Origin: a virus
Direction: 5' to 3' (one strand)
Virus record (IMG/VR): IMGVR_UViG_3300046169_000081
Coordinates: 2,406 to 66,405 of that record
Length of the DNA stretch: 64,000 nt
Below the pieces are notes generated by a model, which did not search any database, had not been told where the DNA came from, and was given only the letters and a program-made list of their open reading frames with translations. The position numbers and the translations under genes are program-made. Shown here one piece after another: positions 9,295 through 18,706 of this stretch. Within the stretch, counting starts at the first letter, position 1, and the number at the start of each line of letters is the position of its first letter.

Positions 9295-10326
9295 ATGGCA
9301 AGTAAATCAGTACATCAATTTTATGATGCTGGTGCAATGAGCTACTATGGTTTAGCAGGTGACCCCTTTTACGGGGTCATTGCTGGATCTAATGTAGAAA
9401 ATGTACTAGTTACACAAGATAAAACTACATATGAGAATATTCAAGATACACTAGAGTCATCAAAAGAAACAGACTCAACTTTTAAAAATAAAAAGAAAGC
9501 ATTTGTATTACCAGGTGCTGATGTATCTTTAGATAAGATAAAGGCTGCTTTGAAAGAACATAAAATCACAGTAACAAATGATTACACTTTAGCAGATTTG
9601 ATAGTGACTCACGACAATATAAGCAAACGTTGTGAAAATGGTGAAAATATACCATCATCAAAGATGCTAGTTAAACTTTGGAATTATGAAACAACAAGTG
9701 GTGATCCAAACTCACTGAGTTCAATTCAAAGTCTAATTGCAAGCCAAAATCGTGATGTTATTGTCACAAATAAAATAACAGACTCTATACGTTACTATAG
9801 TTTAAATATAGAAGATAGTTTATATGATGGTTGGATAATAACAGGTTTAGCATTAAATATAGCACATCTTATTGATACAGGTGAAGTAACAACAGTGGAT
9901 ATAGAGACAGTATTACATGCATCTGCAAATAAAATGCAGTTAACTGAAGAGCTAATGCAACAAATAAAATCTATGGTTCATGCAGGAGGCGATGATAAAG
10001 CAATGGCTGCTACTATAATTCCTAATATAGACTATGAAAGTAATCATCATTTTCTGTGGAAACTTGCACAAGATTGTAATGCTATTACTTATGATTTTAA
10101 TAGAAATAAAGATATACAATTCTGGTTAGATAAATCAAATTTTGGTGAGTTTTATCATAAAAATGCGCAAGATATGATACTTTGGCTAGAGGAAAATTCT
10201 TTATTAAGTAAAGAATCATTTAGATATCTTGAACCAATATGTAGAAAAGAGATAAGTATACACAATAGAGATCTGTATGTATTTCAAGTATCAGTTAAAA
10301 AAGAATATAAAAAATATTTAGTATGA
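9295..10326 (+). CDS. hypothetical protein, BRCT-like N-terminal segment; paralog of 10323
   Basis: KKAFVLPG...ITVTNDYTLADLIV pattern shared with the next ORF. Confidence 0.6.
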   Translation: MASKSVHQFYDAGAMSYYGLAGDPFYGVIAGSNVENVLVTQDKTTYENIQDTLESSKETDSTFKNKKKAFVLPGADVSLDKIKAALKEHKITVTNDYTLADLIVTHDNISKRCENGENIPSSKMLVKLWNYETTSGDPNSLSSIQSLIASQNRDVIVTNKITDSIRYYSLNIEDSLYDGWIITGLALNIAHLIDTGEVTTVDIETVLHASANKMQLTEELMQQIKSMVHAGGDDKAMAATIIPNIDYESNHHFLWKLAQDCNAITYDFNRNKDIQFWLDKSNFGEFYHKNAQDMILWLEENSLLSKESFRYLEPICRKEISIHNRDLYVFQVSVKKEYKKYLV

Positions 10327-11474
10327 AAACATATTATAATTTAAAGATAAATAAAGATTCAATTATTAAGGCGGCACAAGGACAAAGTTCTGTTGGAGGT
10401 AAAGATATAATTGATCTAGAACTTAAAAAAGATGAATATTTCTTAGGTTATACTAACTCATGGGAGTTAGGAAAAAAAGATATAGAAAATTTAAATTTGT
10501 CTAAACTCAAACCTGGAAAGTCATTTATAATTAATGGTAAAAAAATATATAGATATCCTAAATTAACTTTACCAAGAGAAAAAGTAGATTTACTTAAAAA
10601 AAAAGAAAATGTAAAAGTAGTAAGAGATCCAAATAGTGCAGATATACATATAGTATCTTACAGCTTTTTAAAAAATCTTTTTACTTTTAAATGGGAAAAT
10701 GCAATTCCTTTTGTTGATTTTTTTAAGATGATAAAAGTATGTATTGAAAAAGATTTACTTAATCAGGAAGCAGTAACTCAGCTTAAAGAAATAATTAGTA
10801 CTGCAGATAAAGATTCTTATGTAAGGTTTGATAGGTATTATTCTTATAATAATACTCCTGTACAAGATAAGTGGCTTGATGCGTTTAATAATATATATTC
10901 AGAACATAAAAAAGATTATAGTAGATTAATAGTTATAGAAGATAAAAACAAAAATAGATATGAAACTTTAATAAATACAAAATCTGAAATTGTATTTGAC
11001 ACAGATGTATTAGATATAATAGATTCTGAGTTGGCGGTTTTATCTGATGATCAATATGATAATATTAAGGATATGCTTATAAGTTCAGATAGGGATAATA
11101 GAACTCTTGCTGTAGAAATGATAGCTAATTGTAATGTTGAAAAATCTTTTAATGTTGTATCTGGTTTATACTGGTGGCATTATGATTTTTTCAAAGATTC
11201 AAATAATTGGAATTCGGTAAATGTAAAATCTTTACGTTCTAGAATGAAAAATTATGAAGGAGGTCATAATACAAGCAATATATATTCTTTTGATGCATAC
11301 ATAAAATGTTTAGCTAAAGATGGTAAATTAACAAGATTTGCGGTAGATAAAACTAGAAAACTATTAATGAGTACATTATTAAATAATATGTGTGGTGACA
11401 AAAGTCAAGTTTTTAAAGTTGATCTAGAAAATTTGTATATTGCAGATGAAATAGAAAATATGGTAAATGAATAG
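10323..11474 (+). CDS. hypothetical protein, paralog of 9295
   Basis: KKIYRYPK...VKVVRDPNSADIHIV and a shared C-terminal helical motif. Confidence 0.6.
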   Translation: MKTYYNLKINKDSIIKAAQGQSSVGGKDIIDLELKKDEYFLGYTNSWELGKKDIENLNLSKLKPGKSFIINGKKIYRYPKLTLPREKVDLLKKKENVKVVRDPNSADIHIVSYSFLKNLFTFKWENAIPFVDFFKMIKVCIEKDLLNQEAVTQLKEIISTADKDSYVRFDRYYSYNNTPVQDKWLDAFNNIYSEHKKDYSRLIVIEDKNKNRYETLINTKSEIVFDTDVLDIIDSELAVLSDDQYDNIKDMLISSDRDNRTLAVEMIANCNVEKSFNVVSGLYWWHYDFFKDSNNWNSVNVKSLRSRMKNYEGGHNTSNIYSFDAYIKCLAKDGKLTRFAVDKTRKLLMSTLLNNMCGDKSQVFKVDLENLYIADEIENMVNE

Positions 11475-12456
11475 AGATTTAAAAAAAGAAGAGGAGTTTT
11501 ATGCTAAAGAAGATTTTTTCTTTAGCTACTCCTCATTAAACAAATTATTATTTTCTCCGTCCTTGTTTTATAAGGATTATATATTATTAGATAGAGAGGT
11601 TAAGACTGATAAACATTTAATAGAAGGTAAGCTTCTACATTGTCTATTATTTGAACCTGAGAACTTTAATCAGAAGTTTAATCTTGTCCCCGGTAAAACA
11701 CCAAGTGACAATGTAATAAAAGTGCTGAAAGATATGAGTCTACATACTGATGCAGAAACATTAGCTTCATGTGATGATTTTGTTATACTTGATTCGCTTA
11801 AACAATTAAATTTATATCAATCACTTAAAACGGATGAACAAAGATTAAATAAGATTAGAACTGAAGATCATGAAAATTATTGGAAGTTCTTATCAAATGA
11901 TAGTAAGGATACTATAGATAATTCTACATATCAAAGAGCTTTAGAGCAGGTTGATATTTTAAAAGCAAATAAAGAAGTACAAGAATTATTTAAAGATAAG
12001 TCAACAGACTTTGAATTAGATAGTTTTAAAACTTATGCTGAAAAATATCTGAGCTTTAATCTAGCAGACAAAACATATGGTTTGCATGGATATGTAGATT
12101 ATTTTACAGTTGATCATGAGAAAAAGATAGCTACTATATGTGACCTCAAGACTACAGGTAAAACCATTGTAGATTTTCAAGAAACTGTAGACTTTTATAA
12201 TTACTGGTTGCAGGCGGCAATTTATTGTAAATTAGTTTATGAGTATCTCAAAGACAATAGAGATGAATATACTATACAGTTTAAGTTTGTTGTTATAGAT
12301 AAGTATAATCAAGTTTATGTTTTTGATGTTAGTGAACAAACATTAGGTTCGTGGGCTGAAGGTTTAGGAGGTGTTCTTAAAGTAGCTGATTATCATTATA
12401 CAAACAAAAATTATTCTTTACCCTATGATTTCTTAGTAAATAGGGTTAAATTATAG
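11467..12456 (+). CDS. PD-(D/E)xK exonuclease (RecE/ExoVIII-, Cas4-superfamily-like)
   Basis: FSYSSL start, GKLLHCLLFEP, GYVD...ICDLKTT, YWLQAAIY. Confidence 0.85.
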   Translation: MNRDLKKEEEFYAKEDFFFSYSSLNKLLFSPSLFYKDYILLDREVKTDKHLIEGKLLHCLLFEPENFNQKFNLVPGKTPSDNVIKVLKDMSLHTDAETLASCDDFVILDSLKQLNLYQSLKTDEQRLNKIRTEDHENYWKFLSNDSKDTIDNSTYQRALEQVDILKANKEVQELFKDKSTDFELDSFKTYAEKYLSFNLADKTYGLHGYVDYFTVDHEKKIATICDLKTTGKTIVDFQETVDFYNYWLQAAIYCKLVYEYLKDNRDEYTIQFKFVVIDKYNQVYVFDVSEQTLGSWAEGLGGVLKVADYHYTNKNYSLPYDFLVNRVKL

Positions 12457-12457
12457 T

Positions 12458-13039
12458 ATGGGAGTGTATACACAATATTTTCAAAAGAGTAAAGTTTTTT
12501 TATATCCATTATTAGGTATAAAGAAAGGCATGTCGTATGTCCCTAGGGAAACTTATATAGCCTGGGAAGACATGTACTCTTTTGAAGATAATGTATTTTT
12601 ATGTATATATCAAACACCTATGACTGAAAGGTTTGAAAGATTTATAAATAAACATATAGTTAGTAATAAATTATTTGAAAATTATATAAAGCTAGAAGAA
12701 AGTAAACATTTATTTATATTTAATCTTGAAGCATATAAGTTTGACTTTGATAACTTTATAAAAGGAAAGTATTCAAAAATTTCTCTTGATAGTAAGATCA
12801 AAATATTAGATTACTTTAGTAGCAATGATAAAGCTGAAAATTATATTCATTCATTTTTATCACCTAAAGATTATCATGAAGAGTATGCGGAATACTTAGG
12901 TGTTGAGGTAGAAAGTTTAAAAGAAGTTTATGAACTTTGTACACCGCCAGATCTAAAAAAAGAAACTCTTGTCAATAATAATTGGATATTAAATAAAATA
13001 TTAGAAGAAAATTCTATATATTTGACAGACACAAAATAA
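12458..13039 (+). CDS. hypothetical protein
   Basis: ORF track; operon context. Confidence 0.6.
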   Translation: MGVYTQYFQKSKVFLYPLLGIKKGMSYVPRETYIAWEDMYSFEDNVFLCIYQTPMTERFERFINKHIVSNKLFENYIKLEESKHLFIFNLEAYKFDFDNFIKGKYSKISLDSKIKILDYFSSNDKAENYIHSFLSPKDYHEEYAEYLGVEVESLKEVYELCTPPDLKKETLVNNNWILNKILEENSIYLTDTK

Positions 13040-13049
13040 ACCAGCAAAT

Positions 13050-13469
13050 ATGGCACAAATTGGACAAAACATGATGCTTGTTAATTCAGCATTTAGAAAT
13101 GTTAAATCATTTACACTTATTCCCGTGAGCTTAGACTCACCTTATACAGAAGCAATGTTTGATCCCGCATCAGGGATTTTAGCAGTCATTAGTAAAGTAA
13201 TGAAAAAATCATATCATATGGTTCCCAAACTAGATGATAATGGTGATCCTATTAGATTAAAAATTCCAAACAAACAAACAGGAAAAACTGTTAAAGAACA
13301 AAGAGTTCAAGTGGATACTTTTTCTGAGTTTTATTTGACAGAAAAAAGTGATATTGAAACTTTTATTCACACTTTTGCTATAAATGCAAATGAGTTTGAT
13401 TACTCAGAGTTTATGCAAACTGATGTGAAAGAAACTAAGACTTCAAATATAATTATGCCAGGGCAATAA
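13050..13469 (+). CDS. hypothetical protein
   Basis: ORF track; preceded by TATATTTG at 13017-13024. Confidence 0.6.
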   Translation: MAQIGQNMMLVNSAFRNVKSFTLIPVSLDSPYTEAMFDPASGILAVISKVMKKSYHMVPKLDDNGDPIRLKIPNKQTGKTVKEQRVQVDTFSEFYLTEKSDIETFIHTFAINANEFDYSEFMQTDVKETKTSNIIMPGQ

Positions 13470-13524
13470 TACTCACGGAGGTTAAAGATCCCTAATCCAG
13501 ATCTTTAGTTATTTAACTGGTATC

Positions 13525-13554
13525 AAAAAAAGCTCATTAATTTGGGCTTTTTTT
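13525..13554. terminator. bidirectional intrinsic terminator
   Basis: aaaaaaagctca-ttaatt-tgggcttttttt hairpin with A and T tracts on either side. Confidence 0.7.
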
Positions 13555-13573
13555 AGCTAAAAACAATAAATAT

Positions 13574-15565
13574 ATGAAACATTGGATAATGGATTATGAA
13601 ACTCTTGTAAATTGTTTCGTAGGTGTATTTGAAGATTACAAAACAAATGAAACTAAAATATTTGTTATTCACCACTTACGTAATGATTTTGATGAGTTTA
13701 TTGAATTTTTACATAATAATATAGAAAAGAGACAATGGCATATTTCTTATAATGGATTAGCTTTTGATGCACAAGTAACACACTATATCTTAGATAATTA
13801 TGATAAATTAAAAGATAAAGATGGTGCAGAGATAGCGTCTATAATATATGGCTACGCACAAAGATGTATTAATAAAAGTAACAATAAAGAATTTAGTGAT
13901 TATCCTATTTGGAAGATGACTATTGGTCAAATAGATTTGTTTAAACTACATCATTGGGATAACCCTGCTAAAAGATCTAGTCTTAAATGGATTCAGTATA
14001 GTATGGATTGGCAGAATATATTAGAAATGCCTATAGAGCATGATACAATTATTGAATCCACTGGAGAAATAGATACTATTATTGGTTACTGTATAAATGA
14101 TGTTAGATCTACTAAAGAGATATTTAATAGATCAAAATCACAAATCAAACTTAGAAAAGAGTTAACTGATACATATGGTATTAATTTATACAGTGCTTCT
14201 GAACCAAGAATAAGTAAAGAATTATTTGGTTATTATTTATCTAACAAACTTAATATACCCAAAAGAGATCTTAAAAGAATGAGAACTTATAGGGATACTA
14301 TTAAAGTTAAAGATATAATACTACCTTATATTTCTTTTACCTCATCTGAATTTAAAATGTTATATGAAAGGTTTAAATCATTAGAAGTTGATGCATCTAA
14401 ACTTAAGGGTAGCTTTAAATATAGTGTAAACTATAAAGATGTAAAAACAGATTTTGGTTTAGGTGGTGTTCATGGTGCGGCAAAGAAAGGTGTTTATGAG
14501 TCAAATGATGATATGGTTATAATGTCTTCAGACGTTACTAGCTTTTATCCTAATTTAGCTATTAGAAATAAATTTTCACCAGGACACTTTCCTGTAGATG
14601 AATTCTGTGATCAATATGAATGGTTCTTTAATGAAAGAAAAAAGATTCCTAAGAGTAATCCTATGAACTATGTATATAAAATTATACTTAATAGTACATT
14701 TGGTCTAAGTAATGATGCAAATAGTTTCTTTTATGATCCTGAGCTATGTTTACGCATAACTATTAATGGTCAGTTAACTTTAATGATGTTATATGAGCAA
14801 ATTATGGAGCGTATACCTGGTGCAGTTGCATTGTTACAGAATACAGATGGTGTAGAAACTATTATTCCTAGAGAATATATAGGTCTATATATGGAAATAT
14901 GTGAAGAATGGGAAAAGACAACTAATTTAAGTCTAGAACATGATGAATATCAAAAGCTTGTACTTTCAGATGTAAATAATTATATAGGTGTAAACAACTT
15001 CATAGATGTAGACATTACTAAGTTTAGAGAAATGAAACAGTCTCAACCTCATTATTTATATAAAGTTAATAATGATAAGTTTAGTTATGCTCCTGTAAAG
15101 CTGAAAGGTAGGTTTGATTTTCATAACTTACAGCTACACAAAAACAAATCTAAATTAGTTATACCAAAAGGTATATATTCTTATTTTGTGAAAGACATGT
15201 TACCAGAAGATTATTTAGAGTCTAACAAAAATATAATTGATTATTGTATTGGCGGTAAATCTAAAGGTGACTGGAAACAAGTGGCACGATATATAGATAA
15301 TGGAGTATATAAAGAAACACCTTTACAAAAAATAAATAGATATTTTATATCTAAATCAGGAGTAAAGATTATAAAAGTAAATAAAAAAGACGGAAGAGAA
15401 ATACAATTAGAAGCGGGTAAATGGTTGCAAACAGTTTATAATGATATGAAAGTTGAACCTAAATGGGAAAACTATAATATAGATAAAGCATATTATTTGC
15501 AAGCAATTGAATCTGAGATAAATAGTATATTAACTGTATCGTCAAATCAACTTAAATTATTCTAA
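13574..15565 (+). CDS. polB: DNA polymerase family B with 3'-5' exonuclease
   Basis: Exo I MDYET, Exo II YNGLAFD, Exo III YCINDV; Pol motifs SDVTSFYPN, KIILNSTFG, NTDG; no intein seen. Confidence 0.93.
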   Translation: MKHWIMDYETLVNCFVGVFEDYKTNETKIFVIHHLRNDFDEFIEFLHNNIEKRQWHISYNGLAFDAQVTHYILDNYDKLKDKDGAEIASIIYGYAQRCINKSNNKEFSDYPIWKMTIGQIDLFKLHHWDNPAKRSSLKWIQYSMDWQNILEMPIEHDTIIESTGEIDTIIGYCINDVRSTKEIFNRSKSQIKLRKELTDTYGINLYSASEPRISKELFGYYLSNKLNIPKRDLKRMRTYRDTIKVKDIILPYISFTSSEFKMLYERFKSLEVDASKLKGSFKYSVNYKDVKTDFGLGGVHGAAKKGVYESNDDMVIMSSDVTSFYPNLAIRNKFSPGHFPVDEFCDQYEWFFNERKKIPKSNPMNYVYKIILNSTFGLSNDANSFFYDPELCLRITINGQLTLMMLYEQIMERIPGAVALLQNTDGVETIIPREYIGLYMEICEEWEKTTNLSLEHDEYQKLVLSDVNNYIGVNNFIDVDITKFREMKQSQPHYLYKVNNDKFSYAPVKLKGRFDFHNLQLHKNKSKLVIPKGIYSYFVKDMLPEDYLESNKNIIDYCIGGKSKGDWKQVARYIDNGVYKETPLQKINRYFISKSGVKIIKVNKKDGREIQLEAGKWLQTVYNDMKVEPKWENYNIDKAYYLQAIESEINSILTVSSNQLKLF

Positions 15566-15566
15566 C

Positions 15567-15716
15567 ATGCTAGAACTTTATGGAATTTTTTTTTTAATTA
15601 TACTTAGTTTTGTTTTCCATATTCTAGTATGGGAGGATGATTATATTAAAAAATGGTATTGGAAGTTAACAGCAGCAATAGTAATACTATTAATTACTTT
15701 TGCTGCTTTTTTTTAA
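15567..15716 (+). CDS. small membrane protein (49 aa, two hydrophobic segments), not in ORF track
   Basis: Manual translation MLELYGIFFLIILSFVFHILVWEDDYIKKWYWKLTAAIVILLITFAAFF; fills the gap after polB. Confidence 0.5.
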   Translation: MLELYGIFFLIILSFVFHILVWEDDYIKKWYWKLTAAIVILLITFAAFF

Positions 15717-15738
15717 ATAAAAATTTAGATTATATATT

Positions 15739-16164
15739 ATGGATTATTTTGAATTAGAATGTGCAGTAGAACACTGGGCGGAAGAAAAAGGAATTCTTTC
15801 TAAAGCAACACCAATGGCACAAGCATTAAAAACTTTAGAAGAATGCACTGAACTGGGTGTAGCAGTTAATAACAATGACAGAGCAGAGATTATAGATGCT
15901 ATGGGTGATATAATGGTCACCCTGATTATTCAGGCTAAAATGCAGGGGCTTAAACTAGAGGAGTGTCTTGAGTCTGCGTATAATGTAATTGCAAAACGCA
16001 CAGGTAAGATGATCAATGGTCAATTTGTGAAAGATGATGAAGGCAAATTTTCAGAATGGAATGATTTGGAAGACATTGAAGTTAAGGATCCTGAGGAAAT
16101 AAAAATAAAAGATATAGATATTATATCCGGTACTGAATCTGCATATATTAAAAATGAGTTATAG
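15739..16164 (+). CDS. MazG-like NTP pyrophosphohydrolase
   Basis: KTLEECTEL...EIIDAMGDIMVTL, AYNVIAKRTGKMING. Confidence 0.85.
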   Translation: MDYFELECAVEHWAEEKGILSKATPMAQALKTLEECTELGVAVNNNDRAEIIDAMGDIMVTLIIQAKMQGLKLEECLESAYNVIAKRTGKMINGQFVKDDEGKFSEWNDLEDIEVKDPEEIKIKDIDIISGTESAYIKNEL

Positions 16165-16450
16165 ACCATTACCTGAAGGTCTTACAATAAAAGATTCTTC
16201 AGTGCACGGTTTGGGTTTATTTGCAACGCAAGATATTGCTAAAGGTATTGAACTTGGAATAACTCATGTGTATGATGATAAGTTTGAAAATAACTATATA
16301 AGAACTCCATTGGGTGGATTCATTAATCATAGTGATGAACCCAATGCTCAGTTAATTTCTGTTGGTAACATGATGCGTTTAACAACAATAAAATTTATTA
16401 AAAAAGGGGATGAACTCTTTACTAAATACAAATTATATGAAATTATATGA
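16154..16450 (+). CDS. minimal SET-domain methyltransferase
   Basis: SSVHGLGLFA, GGFINHSDEPN, IKKGDELFTKY. Confidence 0.88.
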   Translation: MSYRPLPEGLTIKDSSVHGLGLFATQDIAKGIELGITHVYDDKFENNYIRTPLGGFINHSDEPNAQLISVGNMMRLTTIKFIKKGDELFTKYKLYEII

Positions 16451-16647
16451 AACACCTAGAAATAGTTAAAGTAATAGCAGGTATTAAAGTACCTCCTTCT
16501 TCTCCAGTTATTGAAAAAGCAGAGGAACTCAATTTTAGCCATGTAGATGGAATGTATAGTTACTGCACAAGAGATAATGGTGAAGTAGTACATTTAGCAG
16601 CATGGACAGAAGTAGAAATAATAGATGATAAAGACACAGAAAACTAA
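16447..16647 (+). CDS. hypothetical protein (66 aa)
   Basis: ORF track; overlaps both neighbours. Confidence 0.55.
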   Translation: MKHLEIVKVIAGIKVPPSSPVIEKAEELNFSHVDGMYSYCTRDNGEVVHLAAWTEVEIIDDKDTEN

Positions 16648-17458
16648 AACTCTTGTAACTAAAGACAATAATAATAGTGCTAACTGCATAGCTCCCAATA
16701 TAATCTATGGATGTTTTGGGGGTTGTGTGGATACTTATTGTTATATGTCTAGATACAATGGTAATAGAGTTTATGTCAACACAAATGTTGATGAGATATT
16801 TCAGTCTGTTGTTGATTGGGAAAAAAATTATTATAAGCAACCTGATCAACAAGACCCTATATATACAATGGTAGATGTTGCATGTAACTCTGATTTAGTT
16901 TTAATGCAAAAGCATATGCCAGAACCTTTGATTGATTATCTTAAAAGATATGATAATCATCCACAGTTAAATACCACAATGGCCACAAAGTATCCGGGAT
17001 TATTAAAATTAGATGTTAATCACTTTAATAAACCACCACGGGTACGTGTAAGTCTCATGCCTCAGAAGTATTCTAATATATTAGAACCTAAAATGCAAAA
17101 GATAGCTAGCCGCATAGAAGATATCAATCGTCTTAAAGACTTAGGATGGGAAGTACATTGTAATTACAGTCCTCTAGTGTTTTATCCAGGGTGGAAAGAA
17201 GAGTATAATAATCTTTTTTCTATGGTAAAAGATAATGCAGGCATTAATAAATGTGAGGTAATTGCATTAACCAACCATAAAAATCAAATGGCTAAAGCAT
17301 CTCCAGAAGCTCAAGAACTTATGAGACGTTCTTATGAAGTTAAGAATCAATCAGGAGTTATGAGATATCCTTTAGAACATAAAGGAAGATTGCTTAATGA
17401 ATTTAAGGAGATATATAGTAAATATTTTCCTATAGATACAATAAGATATATATTTTAA
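16625..17458 (+). CDS. spore photoproduct lyase-like radical SAM protein
   Basis: GCFGGCVDTYCY cluster motif, DVACNSD, ATKY, RVRVSLMPQ, EVHCNYSP, MRYP as in the SplB family. Confidence 0.75.
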   Translation: MIKTQKTKTLVTKDNNNSANCIAPNIIYGCFGGCVDTYCYMSRYNGNRVYVNTNVDEIFQSVVDWEKNYYKQPDQQDPIYTMVDVACNSDLVLMQKHMPEPLIDYLKRYDNHPQLNTTMATKYPGLLKLDVNHFNKPPRVRVSLMPQKYSNILEPKMQKIASRIEDINRLKDLGWEVHCNYSPLVFYPGWKEEYNNLFSMVKDNAGINKCEVIALTNHKNQMAKASPEAQELMRRSYEVKNQSGVMRYPLEHKGRLLNEFKEIYSKYFPIDTIRYIF

Positions 17459-17510
17459 TTTGCTGTGTCAGATTAATTTATTATATTTACACTTTAAAAG
17501 TTTAATAATT

Positions 17511-18401
17511 ATGGGATATAAAAAACCAACAGAGTTACCAGAGTCTTATCTAGAAACTGCACCCTTACCTAATCATGGTAAGACTTACACAGTGTTACTC
17601 ACAAAGAAGTGATAGACAATACTTACACCTTACTTAATGCAAGAGTGGGTTTACAGTAACAAAGAAATATATAGAGCAAATATGAATGCTCAATTAGCAC
17701 AAGGGATCTATCATATCTACCCATTAAACCGCTGATCAGAAATTATTGAAGAAATGAATTAGGGATGATGTTTGCCTGGACAAATTCATATGATAAAAGT
17801 ACAAGATTTCATGTGCTATTGGTGCATATGTAAGAGTTTGTTATAACGGTATGGTTGCCGGAGATATGATGAACTTCAAAAGAAAGCATACTGGGACAGC
17901 AAATTATGGATTGTTAGAATCATATAGCTGATCAAATTAAAAATGCTGAGAAGTATTATAAGCGTATTGATAGCAGACAAAGATTATTTAAAAACTATTG
18001 ATATTGATTGCAGAGCTGCCTCAGAATTAATTGGTAGACTATATATTGAAGAGGATTTATTAGATTCTCAACAAATGTCTATGGTTAAAAAAGAAATGGA
18101 TAAACCATCTTTTAACTATGGAGTAGCTAAAGATAGTGCATGGGCCTTCTATAATCATGTTACGCATGCATTAAAGAAAGCACATCCGCGGGATTGGTTA
18201 AATGACCAACAAGACTTTCATGATTTTATTACCGCTGAACTGATTAATAAAAATTTATATTCCAATATTGAAGTTGTTAATCAAGACTACGCATCTAATA
18301 ATAATATTGAAGTAACCATGGAAGAAGTAGTTGATGTTGTTATAGATGAAGATATAACACATAGCAGGTTAGTTCATGATGCATATATGGATAGGCTGTA
18401 A
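17511..18401 (+). pseudogene. DUF932-family protein broken by about 8 frameshifts in its 5' half (probably sequence errors)
   Basis: Frame-hopping reading: MGYKKP...PNHGKTYTV/THKEVID...GMMFAWTNSYDKSTRF/CAIGAYVRVCYNGMV...KRKHTG, continuing into ORF 17943-18401. Confidence 0.7.
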
Positions 18402-18403
18402 AA

Positions 18404-18484
18404 ATGGATAGAGATTTAGTAATATTAATAATTGCTATAATAATTTTATACAGGATAGTCCGGTATAGATCATTTGGTGAGTAA
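18404..18484 (+). CDS. possible 26-aa single-pass membrane peptide
   Basis: Manual translation MDRDLVILIIAIIILYRIVRYRSFGE. Confidence 0.3.
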   Translation: MDRDLVILIIAIIILYRIVRYRSFGE

Positions 18485-18486
18485 AA

Positions 18487-18523
18487 AAGGGGTCAAACCA
18501 ACCAGGTAAACCTGTGACCCCTT
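18487..18523. other. GC-rich bulged stem-loop (possible minus-strand terminator or regulatory RNA)
   Basis: aaggggtca-aaccaac-cagg-taaa-cctg-tgacccctt, preceded by an A tract. Confidence 0.5.
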
Positions 18524-18542
18524 GCACCATTATTTAAAATAT

Positions 18543-18704
18543 ATGAATGAAACAAAAAGAAGGGCCTTACAAATATATGATACTTTAGGTGTAAAAGATG
18601 GACAAACACATATAACTATGATGCTATATTTTATACAGTCAATGAATAAAGAATTATATATTTACTGGAGTAAAGTGGATAGTGAGTTTCAAAAGATAAA
18701 ATAA
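18543..18704 (+). CDS. hypothetical protein (likely start ATG 18543)
   Basis: ORF track 18522-18704; the TTG start lies in the stem-loop, so the ATG is preferred. Confidence 0.45.
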   Translation: MNETKRRALQIYDTLGVKDGQTHITMMLYFIQSMNKELYIYWSKVDSEFQKIK

Positions 18705-18706
18705 AA

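Noticed and set aside
11467-12456. Cas4/CRISPR adaptation gene
   Set aside because: PD-(D/E)xK nuclease without the Cas4 Fe-S cysteine cluster and with no cas genes or array nearby; a recombination exonuclease fits better.
13574-15565. Intein or intron in polB, helicase or nrdA
   Set aside because: Protein lengths are compact, catalytic motifs are normally spaced and no splice-junction or homing endonuclease motifs were seen.
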